Below are positions 46,637 through 64,000 of a DNA stretch of 64,000 nucleotides, piece by piece. A program made the position numbers and the translations under genes. Location: NCBI GenBank assembly GCA_964016885.1, contig OZ024746.1, positions 76,942,001-77,006,000 of the forward strand, in the 5' to 3' direction. This DNA is from Eledone cirrhosa (taxonomy: Eukaryota). Position 1 is the stretch's first letter. Every line of letters starts with the position of its first letter. A model generated the notes under the pieces. That model was not told the origin of the DNA. It saw nothing but the letters and a program-made list of their open reading frames with translations, and did not search any database.

Positions 46637-46666
46637 GTCTGTGTTTGTGTGTGAGTGCGTGTGCGT

Positions 46667-46711
<45 letters not shown>

Positions 46712-46950
46712 CGCGTGTGTGTGTAGTTGTCAGTTCTTTTTTCTTAATTTATCCTTTTGTTCGGGTACTGTGAACCATACCATTTTAGTCAATATTTTCT
46801 TTACCCTGGCGGTTTCTCTCCCTTGTGATATGAACACATATAGCTATATATTGTGTTCGTCTATCCTTACAGTATTATAAGTCTCGGAAAAATGTTTCTC
46901 CTTGAGCTATTTTAATTAGAGGGGAGTTTTTAACTCAATATATACATTTG

Positions 46951-46998
<48 letters not shown>

Positions 46999-47166
46999 AT
47001 AATAATAAATTTGAAGACTAAAATCCAAAGAGGACTCGATAAGGGTAAAAGCAGCGATTCTTTGCTTAAACTTTAATCTGTTATTTTAATATATATATAT
47101 ATATATTATATATATATTATGGAATACTGTTGGCTTCTTGCTACAATATTTTCTATACCTTTCATT

Positions 47167-47230
<64 letters not shown>

Positions 47231-47339
47231 CTGAAATAGCGATATATATATGAATTTTCAATTTCAGCTTGACCGGCAACCGCTCTGTATAATCAGTTCC
47301 TGATTATTACTAGAATTCTATAAGAATCAAACATTCATG

Positions 47340-47435
47340 ATTTTCAGCAAACAGGTGGAGTACTTAGCTTTGATAAGTACCAAATGGTACGAAACAGAGC
47401 TCTGTCAGCTTTATCTCCCCCTGTTTGCTGAAAAT
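47340..47435 (+). ncRNA. Type I hammerhead with long stem I and two core mutations
   Basis: agct-TTGATAA-gtacc(aaat)ggtac-GAAA-cagagctctg-TC-agct. Outer stem attttcagcaaacagg/cctgtttgctgaaaat. Confidence 0.75.
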
Positions 47436-48234
47436 TTAAAGTAAGTGAGACTGTCACTACTCTAAAACGATAGCGTAAGGTCTTCAAATGCTTTTAATTA
47501 AGAATACAGTGTATTGCAAAATACACTATATATATACATTCATATATATATCGCTATTCAGAGCACCAATTCTAATTTCAATTTCTGCTTGACCGGCAAC
47601 CGCTCTGTATAATCAGTTCCTGATTATTACTAGAATTCTATAAGAATCAAACATTCATGATTTTCGGCAAACTTATAGTTATAAGGTTAGTAATTTAAAA
47701 TCTACTTCAGAGATTTGATTCTTTGAGCTAATATTATTATTATTACTGTGAACTGCGGAATACTCTTAATTCCGATCCTAGTATACTTAACGAGCTCCAA
47801 ATTGTTGAGCTAATAAATTCGAATAGTTGGGCTGCTCTCTCTAGCATTTTCCCCAATCCATGAGAACCGTTATTTGATGCAAATAACACGTGATTTCGCC
47901 CCCCTTACCCTGGGCACCGTGTATATTAGCTTTCTCTCTATCCATGAGGTTAGATGTGTAGTAAACAGAATCCACATTTGCTGACAGTTGAACCTGTGGC
48001 TGTTAAACTGCCCATTTCTGTGGGGAAACGAACTTAATTCGTATCAGCAAAATTATAGTTATAAGGTTAGTAATTTAAAATCTACTTCAGAGATTTGATT
48101 CTGACTTAGGTATTTTTTTATTTAATTGGTAAACCTGTAGATATTGTTTTCTATACAATAACGGTAAAAATCACTTGTAATAATTCTTTACACACATTTC
48201 AGTGTGTAACACACTTCTATTTGTGTAATATATT

Positions 48235-50146
<1,912 letters not shown>

Positions 50147-50147
50147 G

Positions 50148-50710
50148 TAGATAAATCTACCAAGAGTTTACGGTAGTGTCCAATCCGTATGAAAAACTCA
50201 ATGTATTCCGGATATCATGGAAAGAAGAGATGTAATGAAAAATCACTTTCGGTGAAAGATAAACGGTATACAGAGTCAAGATAAAATATTAAACAAATAA
50301 TGAATAAACAATGAGACAGTTCCTTATATTAAACAAAAAAAGTTCATTATTTAACGATCGTTTCTAGGATATATATGTGTTAGAATTGGCATGCATATTC
50401 AACAGATCTATGTACAAAATTATACAAAATTATACAAACTATCAAGATTAAATATACATACCAACACATATATACGCCGTCTTCAGAAATAATTTCAGAA
50501 ATAATTTCTGAAGACGGCGTATATATGTGTTGGTATGTATATTTAATCTTGATAGTTTGTATAATTTTGTATAATTTTGTACATAGATCTGTTGAATATG
50601 CATGCCAATTCTAACACATATATATCCTAGAAACGATCGTTAAATAATGAACTTTTTTTGTTTAATATAAGGAACTGTCTCATTGTTTATTCATTATTTG
50701 TTTAATATTT

Positions 50711-50713
<3 letters not shown>
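50148..50713 (-). mobile_element. Fold-back element with 210-bp perfect arms (50281-50490 / 50504-50713) and left extension
   Basis: Perfect reverse-complement arms in (TA)n, each containing most of a hammerhead fold. Confidence 0.85.
50501..50648 (+). ncRNA. Type I hammerhead with ~115-nt stem II (mirror copy on minus strand ~50346-50493)
   Basis: CTGAAGA 50508-50514; stem II tatatatgtgtt/aacacatatata and ggtatgtatatttaa/ttgaatatgcatgcc; GAAA 50630-50633; palindromic cgatcg; GUU triplet; short stem I attt/aaat. Confidence 0.65.
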
Positions 50714-50792
<79 letters not shown>

Positions 50793-50848
50793 ATATTATA
50801 TATATATATATTATATATATATATATATATTATATATATATATATATT

Positions 50849-50892
<44 letters not shown>

Positions 50893-51020
50893 ATATTATA
50901 TATATTATATATATATATATTATATATATATTATATATATATATATATATATTATATATATTATATATATATATATATATATGTATATATTATATATATA
51001 TATATATAATATATTATATA

Positions 51021-51058
<38 letters not shown>

Positions 51059-51103
51059 TATATATATATTATAGAATCCATATTCAATAAACAAACCAGG
51101 ATT

Positions 51104-51163
51104 TTTCATTCTGAGGATTGAAAGCAAAACCTTTTGCTTTTAAGAAACCACTGGTAAATGGAA
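51104..51163 (+). ncRNA. Intact type I hammerhead ribozyme in a ~120-bp island within (TA)n
   Basis: tttcatt-CTGAGGA-ttgaaagcaaaa(cc)ttttgcttttaa-GAAA-ccactgg-TA-aatggaa. All three stems and the core are present; GUA triplet ends at 51156. Confidence 0.88.
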
Positions 51164-51196
51164 TAATTGCCTTATGTTGTTTATTACATAATAATA

Positions 51197-51228
<32 letters not shown>

Positions 51229-51294
51229 TATATAAATATATATATGATATATATGATATAAATATATATATATATATAATATATATGATATATA

Positions 51295-51388
<94 letters not shown>

Positions 51389-51508
51389 TATATATATAAT
51401 ATATATATATATATAATATATATATATATATAATATATATATATATATAATATATATATATAATATATATATATATATATAATATATATATATATATAAT
51501 ATATATAC

Positions 51509-51540
<32 letters not shown>

Positions 51541-51604
51541 ATATATATATATATATAATATATATATATAATATATATACATATATATAATATATATATA
51601 TATA

Positions 51605-51649
<45 letters not shown>

Positions 51650-53076
51650 TATATATATATGAAAACATGGGTGAGAAGAATACTGCTGGTTTTACATGGA
51701 TAACATGTTATAAAATGAGTCCCTCATCAGTGATTTACCAAACGATCATGGGTATTTATATATATATTTTTTTACATATATAGGCAGTAGCACTAAGACA
51801 GCTACAATAAAAATATGGGTGCCTCATTGTCAAAGAAAAAATATATTTTCGTTACGAAAAATTAATTTTTTTCTCTTTTTCTTTGTGAAATTCACTCAAC
51901 CGGTAACGACATGGAAATAGAGAAGTGTGTATATGGATTTTGCGTTATGAACATTTACTGGAGATGTGTGTGTGCATGTGCATATACATATACATACATA
52001 CATAAATACATAGATGTATATACACAGATAAATATACATACATTCATAGTACGTACATGCATACATACATGCATATACACAGACACACACTCCACAGAAA
52101 TGTCAACCTAACATTACACTGTAAATATAAACTGCATTTGTCAATTGGAGATATCCACGTCATTCACGTCTATGTAAAAATAGTTTTAAACCAGCATTAA
52201 CTAATATATATTGATTGATTCTTTAAGCACACAAGTTTCACACCTTTAATGTCCTGCATATTAAAGCTTGCCCTTGAATGACACTATATTGTTAACGTTA
52301 TGTCATTTGAGATAATGTATGCCCACGACCACGCATTCATCGCACATACACTTTTTTCTCAGTTTCTTACGTATAAGTAAATGAAGATGTGTATTTTTGT
52401 TATGTAAATTAGGACAAAGAAGAGGAGCACAAATCATAGTATTTTCAGAGCTTCCGTTATTGGTGAGGGTGAAGTAGTGACGGTTAGTACGGTAAATGTT
52501 CAGTTCGCATTTTAGAAGGCTTATTGTTGATAGAAAATTAAGTTTCAAAACGATTGCAGAGGGTTTAGTGCAGAATCTTGAGCTAACAAGAAGAGGTCTA
52601 TGAACACATTGTAATAGCAGGAAAAGCAACAAGCACAATGTTTAAAGCCAGATACGCACAACATATACACTCGTTCCACAATGTTTACAGAAAACTGTGT
52701 CTCTATTGGAGCACAGCTAGAAATTAAAGGAGGATAATATAAATATAAACCCTCTTTGCACCGCAGAAAACTATAACATAATTACATAATTACGCAGCAG
52801 ATATGTTTACTCAACAGAATATTTGAAATGACATATCACATTGCAGACACTCGAATATATACGTTGCAGAAAAAAAAAGGAAAAAAAAAAACCTGATCTG
52901 AACTGCAACCAAGGTAAACATCAGATGACGTAACAGCAGCAAATATAACAGTGGAGACACAATAATTATAATAACACATGTGTAGAGACACAAACCATGT
53001 CGGCAGAGTGTATCAAAAGCATCGTTAGCGACTTCAGATATAGAAGAGCAATTTATGAAGTAGACAGAATTACAGG

Positions 53077-53463
53077 GGCAGAAATCAATAATTGATTTTG
53101 TTACTGTCTCTGATCTCTTCGATTCTGTGCTGGATGTTTGTGTTAAGAGAAGAGATGAGCTGTCAACTGATCACCATCGAGTTATCTGTAACTTGAGACT
53201 ACCTAACTACCATGAGGTTAGAATGTCTCAGGAAAGAAGAGCTGGACAGATTTCACGGGCAAAACCAACCGGCAGGACACCCATGGGGTAGACCCCGAGC
53301 AAGATGGTTGGATAACATTCCTAAGCTCGGCTGGGGATCCAGCCGGATATGTTGGAAACGGTTGCTTCTGACAGGTCCTGCTGGAAAGAGTGCTTGAGGA
53401 CTCTGCTCCCACTTCCCTCTCAAGAAGAAGAAGAAGAAGAAGAAGAAGAAGAAGAAGAAGAAG

Positions 53464-53500
<37 letters not shown>
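53077..53500 (+). mobile_element. Internally deleted RTE (Expander/Rex3-like) LINE; copy at 60420-60932
   Basis: Endonuclease end QKSIIDFVTVSDLFDSVLDVCVKRRDELSTDHHRV is fused to the C-terminus GRPRARWLDNI...WKECLRTLLPLP. Tail (GAA)n(CAA)n. Confidence 0.8.
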
Positions 53501-54259
53501 GGATTACAACTTTTATTTAGCAAAACGGGATATGAAGGACATAAAACACAAATTGATATTCGATAAACAAATAAACTGAAAATAAAAATAACTCTAGCGA
53601 AACTCGACGCAACGTAGCAGGGTGTGATACGGTCACTGAATTGACCAATGGAAAACGATATACAAAAACAACTTTTCCAAAATAGGATCTGAAAAACGAC
53701 ATACAAATATGATAGCAAGACCTGCCATTGAAGAATAGAAACGCCAAAGATTCAGCAAATGAAACGATGATAATCACAGACATTAGAAACCAGCCAATGA
53801 AAAAGATAGCCGTAGAGAAAACAATTAACACCGTCCGAAGTACATAAACCCAACCTGGATACCGAAAAAGAAGTTTTTATCAGTTGTGAGAAAAAGAATT
53901 CAGTTTAAATAAACAATATACTATACATCGAGAAATAAAGTATTTTGCTCAAGGACACAACACGAACTCATAACGTTAAAATCCTGATCCAAGCACGCTA
54001 ACCACAAAGCATTTTTGGCGATGTTATTGGATTTAGACTTGGTCATGTAAAGGGGTCATTGATGCTGAACAACTAAAATAAATATGAAAATATTGCAAAA
54101 AATAAATAAATGAATAAATAAATAATTGACAAATAAAACAAAAAACCGAGTGCATGTTACGTTTCTCAACTTGTTGACTAAAGAAGGAAATACAGATAAT
54201 TTCTCTATTTTCTATATTTTTAATGAACTATATTTCTACTTTATGCTATGCTAATATAT

Positions 54260-54387
54260 AGCTGTCGAAACGGCTGGAGCTCAGTCGTTGGGGTCCTGAC
54301 TCTTTTCGTATTACCCACCCTACTACCCTAAGTATTGAGTACTTTGGTGCGTTGTGGTCCACCTGGTATCTTACCACACCCTCTTTG

Positions 54388-54390
<3 letters not shown>
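54260..54390 (+). mobile_element. Hammerhead-family B 3' half and tail (copy 61692-61822)
   Basis: agctgtc-GAAA-cggctg..cagtcg-TT-ggggtcc plus the family tail. Confidence 0.65.
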
Positions 54391-54441
<51 letters not shown>

Positions 54442-54444
<3 letters not shown>

Positions 54445-55370
54445 GAAGGCCCTTATTTTTCAACATTCTAAAAGTTTAGCTCCCACCCCCTATCTTGAGC
54501 TAAAGTTTTGCATAGAGTGGTTTTCTGTTAATTGGAACAAGCGACCCTCATCGACCGTGAACATTTGAAGTTTTCGCCCGGAAAGTCATTTTTTCATTTT
54601 AAAAATTGTTATCTCTTATATAATTTTTTCTTAAATTAAAAACTTGTTCAGACTTATTCTTGATATTAGAAGGACATGTGACAATAAATATAATGGGGAA
54701 GGCAACTTGCAAAGAGAAAAAGACAGGTCACAGCGAAGCGGAAAGCATATAGGAATGAAAATGGCGTGCTGTGTTGTTGTAAATGTGATATACAAATTAA
54801 AATGAAGAATTAGAAATAGGACTATTCATCATCAGTTATCTACTAGCCATCATAGGTATTTCTTCGCATTATGCTTTCCCCTTCGCTGTGACCTGTCTTT
54901 TTCTCTTCCGTTACTGTTATCCTCTTTCTTTCTCCCCCTTCTCTCTCCTTCTGCCTCTTACTTTCATTTACCCCCTCTGCTAGTTACCCTCTCTCAGCTA
55001 GCCTCTTCTTCACACTTTCACTCACTCACTCTCTGCTACTCACCCTCTCTCTCACTTCCTCCATCGTCCCACACCGTGCGTAATTCTTTCCTCGCTTACT
55101 TTCGCATGGTTGGGATGTGTCTCTCGTCTTCTCGTCAATATTCGCAAGTTTTTATGTTCAAATGAATCATTGACTTGATTCTTTCATTTTTTCCTCTCTT
55201 TACGTTGCCTCACCATTCATGTTTGTTCACCTGTCTCTCTTTCTCCACCCAATTCTTTTTATCCCAATAACTTATTTTAGTTATTGTTCGCGCTAGCCTG
55301 GGGTATCTGGTCTTTAATGCGAAGAAATACCTATGATGGATAGTCCTATTTCTAATTCTTCATTTTAATT

Positions 55371-55440
<70 letters not shown>

Positions 55441-56764
55441 CATATGTATATATATACTCTCCTTACTATCCTCGCTTTCATATTTCTCCTTGCTCCGCTT
55501 TTCTCATTGTATTTGTATATAAACAATTACATAGATACAAGGAGAAAGGGAGAGAAGGAGAAAAGGGGTGTAAGGAGAAAAGGAAAGTAAGGAGAAAATG
55601 AGAGCAAGGAGAGCATTGAGAAAGGTAGAGCAAGGAGAGGAAAGAGAAAAGGAGAGCAAGGCGAAAAGGAGAGCAAGGAGAGCAATGAGAAAAGGACAGA
55701 AAGGGGGGGGGGAGAAGAAAAGGAGAACAAGGAGTCAATGAGAAAGAGAGAGCAAGGAGAAAAGGAGGAGAGCGATGAGAAAAGGAGAAAGGGAGAGCAA
55801 TGGGAAAAAGAGAACAAGGAGAAAAGGAGAGCAAAGAGAAGTTAAGGCAAATATTGCTCAAGTTATGCTGGAAGCAGACAAAAGTGAAAAAAAGATCAAC
55901 TGAAGAGCTACATTCTGCACCAAAATGACTTCTCTTCCTTTACAAACATTGAGTTTTCGTCTTTTCTAACTCCTGGTACAAAAACTTTCTTCACAAGATT
56001 TTCAAGTGGACTTGAAAAACTTGAGAAGACAGTTGTTGCAGAAAGAGGTGTCAAACTCATTCAGGATTACAATAACATTCTCACAAAAGATGAAACTGAG
56101 AAACAATTTGTTTTACAGATCGTTACCGAAAACAATAAAACATACCCAACTGACACTAAATCCTCTCTTATGCTAAAATAATTGTTTCTACTTTTAGGCA
56201 CAAGGCCAGCAATTACCCAGTGCATTACTGGTACTTTATTTTATCGACCCCGTAAGGATGAAAGGCAAAGTCAACCTCGGCGGGATTTGAACTCAGATCG
56301 TAAAGGGACGTAACTATGCTGGAAATGTTCAATATTCAGTGTTCAGTATTCACATTATCTTTTTGATTCTATAGAAATTATTGTTATAAAGAAAAATGCG
56401 TTTCTCCTATAGAAGTTGTGTGCTTTATTAAGAAAACCTAATATTTCTTAAGTTTTTCATGTTATTTCAGGAACTTTTCAAATTAACTATTGGCAAATTT
56501 GATTCAGAACGTTTTTAAACATTTGCTGGGGTTGCCTGGATGTGTCCACATAAATTTCTCTAAGAAGAAAAAAGAAAATGGTCGCGACAGGGAACATCGT
56601 TGCGTATACTATGTTCCAACTTCAAGGCGGTTGAGGGTCGCCTAGCGGTTGTCTGATTGAGCTGAAATTTTGCACATCCCGTTTCCTTGTTGATTGGAAC
56701 AGGATTAGGGGGTGGGAGCAGCTACATTTTAACTTTCGGAAAATTACCTATTGCTAAGGGCCAC

Positions 56765-56768
<4 letters not shown>
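54442..56768 (+). mobile_element. Internally deleted hATm-like DNA transposon with nested inserts (partial copy 61935-64000)
   Basis: TIRs taggaaggccctta / taagggccacccaa, subterminal gctcccaccccta / tagggggtgggagc, and a transposase remnant. Confidence 0.75.
55838..56181 (+). pseudogene. hAT(m)-like transposase C-terminus (copy 63377-63720)
   Basis: AERGVKLIQDYNNILTKDETEKQFVLQIVTENNKTYP...* with an upstream stop/frameshift. Confidence 0.8.
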
Positions 56769-56816
<48 letters not shown>

Positions 56817-57013
56817 CATTTTTTCTCGCGAGTCAGTTCTTTCGTTGCTACGGGCCCCGCGGCTGAATTACCGGTCGCTATCTTCAATTTGCAAAGCCCT
56901 TTAAACTGTATGTTATTACTCTAAGGTTCTATACCTTATCGAGTGGTTGGCTGCACTTCTGAATGCATTCGTCGGCTTAGCTGCGGCTCGAGCTTCGAAT
57001 ATGCTGTACTTCC

Positions 57014-57074
<61 letters not shown>

Positions 57075-57079
<5 letters not shown>

Positions 57080-57289
57080 TAAAATAACAGATTAAAATTT
57101 AAGCAAAGAATCGCTGCTTTCACCCTTAACGGGATCTTCTGAAACTAACAAAGTCAATCTGTAAACGCAGAACTGGATATTTCAAAAAACGTTATTTGCT
57201 CTACGGTTCTTATATATTTGATATATATTTTCCTTATCGAGCCTTCTTTGGATTTTAGTCTTCAATTTTATTATTATTATTATTATTAT

Positions 57290-57292
<3 letters not shown>
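57075..57292 (+). mobile_element. TA-tract insert family A, longest copy
   Basis: Contains the internal segment that is missing from the shorter copies. Confidence 0.8.
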
Positions 57293-57329
<37 letters not shown>

Positions 57330-57342
57330 GTATGTATATGTG

Positions 57343-57415
<73 letters not shown>

Positions 57416-57478
57416 GAACAGTTCGGATCTAGTTGTTGAAACGGCAGGAGCTCACCCATCGGGTCCCGAATTTTGGTG

Positions 57479-57544
<66 letters not shown>

Positions 57545-57554
57545 TTGGTGGTGG

Positions 57555-58434
57555 TCAATAAAATAAAGGACCACTGGGGTCGATTTAATCGACTTTACCC
57601 CCCCCCCAAAAAAAAAAAAATTTGTGTATAAATCAGAAACTATTATTAGGGTGGTGGAGTGGTAGTATTATTAGAGTAGTGGGTTTGCAGTGCCGGTAGA
57701 GCGTCGGACAACATGCTTCGCGACTTAGAGTTACGGTCCTTTACGTTCTGAGTTCAAATCCTGCCTTACGGGGTCGCTAAAATAAAGTACCAGTTACGCA
57801 CTGGAGTCGATTTAATCAACTTTGTCCTCTCCCCTTAAAATGTTGGCCTTGTGCCTATAGTAGAAACTATTATTATTATTATTATTATTATTATTAAAGG
57901 GCGGTGGATTAGCAGTATCGGTAGAGGGTCGGACGCCATGCTTTGCAGCATAGAGTTACGGCTTTTCATGATCTGAGCTCAAATCCCGCCGAGGTTAACT
58001 TTGCCTTTCATCCTTACATGGTCGATAAAATAAAGTACCAGTCACGCACTGGGGTCGATTTAATCGACTTCCCCCTCCCCCCAAATTACTGGCCTTGTGC
58101 CTATATAAGAAACCATTATTATTATTATTGCAGTATCGGTAAATTGTCGGACGCCATGCTTTGACGCATAGAGTTACGGCCCTTGCCATTCTGAGTTCAA
58201 ATCCCGCCGAGGTTAACTTTGCCTTTCATCCTTACGGGGTCGATAAAATAAAGTACCAGTAATGCACTGGGCAATTGCTGGCCTTGTGCCAAAAGTAGAA
58301 ACCATTATTATTATTATTGCAGTATCGGTAGATTGTCGGACGCCATGCTTTCCAGTATAGCTACGTCCCTTTACGATCTGAGTTCAAATCCCGCCGAGGT
58401 TGACTTTGCCTTTCATCCTTACGGGGTCGATAAA
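57555..58434 (+). mobile_element. Head-to-tail array of ~5 tRNA-derived SINE copies
   Basis: Repeated gcagtatcggtag..gtcggacgccatgctt..gagttcaaatcccgcc..ggtcgataaaataaagtaccag..gaaac(catt)(att)n units. Confidence 0.9.
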
Positions 58435-58634
58435 NNNNNNNNNNNNNNNNNNNNNNNNNNNNNNNNNNNNNNNNNNNNNNNNNNNNNNNNNNNNNNNNNN
58501 NNNNNNNNNNNNNNNNNNNNNNNNNNNNNNNNNNNNNNNNNNNNNNNNNNNNNNNNNNNNNNNNNNNNNNNNNNNNNNNNNNNNNNNNNNNNNNNNNNNN
58601 NNNNNNNNNNNNNNNNNNNNNNNNNNNNNNNNNN
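58435..58634. other. Assembly gap (200 N)
   Basis: Run of N. Confidence 1.
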
Positions 58635-58704
58635 TATATATATATATATATATATATATATTAGTATATATATATATATAATACTATATATATTCTATTA
58701 TATA

Positions 58705-58752
<48 letters not shown>

Positions 58753-58782
58753 TATAATATATTATATATATATAATATATAT

Positions 58783-58814
<32 letters not shown>

Positions 58815-58958
58815 ATATATATATATATATAATATATATATATATAATATATATATATAATATATATAATATATATTATATATATATAATATATATATAT
58901 ATATAATATATATATATAATATATATACATATATATAATATATATATATATATATATA

Positions 58959-64000
<5,042 letters not shown>

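Larger units (their letters stand above)
51640..56461 (+). repeat. Copy 1 of a ~5 kb near-identical duplication
   Basis: Colinear with 58985-64000, differing by a few SNPs and repeat lengths. Confidence 0.95.

Noticed and set aside
52303-52993. Short ORFs in the unique-looking AT-rich part of the duplication
   Set aside because: No motif or compositional evidence of coding, and identity between the copies reflects the duplication only.

Overview
AT-rich, repeat-saturated eukaryotic DNA, intergenic or deep intronic. The SINE types and very long (TA)n tracts suggest an octopod cephalopod, which is an inference. No host protein-coding exon can be supported, and nearly all long ORFs in the track are microsatellite translations. 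Recognisable content: a Tx1/L1-type LINE lacking its RT domain (19.3-22.9 kb); RTE-clade and R4/Dong-like LINE fragments; one Helitron helicase remnant and three non-autonomous Helitrons; a deleted hATm-like transposon present twice; several MITEs; many tRNA-derived SINEs; a 200-N gap next to a ~5 kb near-identical duplication. The most striking signal is a dense set of short, mutually dissimilar inserts, mostly inside (TA)n tracts, that carry type I hammerhead ribozyme folds (intact cores at 9027, 15593 and 51104, several decayed or half copies). Many have a fold-back design in which one end is copied as an inverted repeat. This fits non-autonomous Penelope-like or retrozyme elements that target TA microsatellites.
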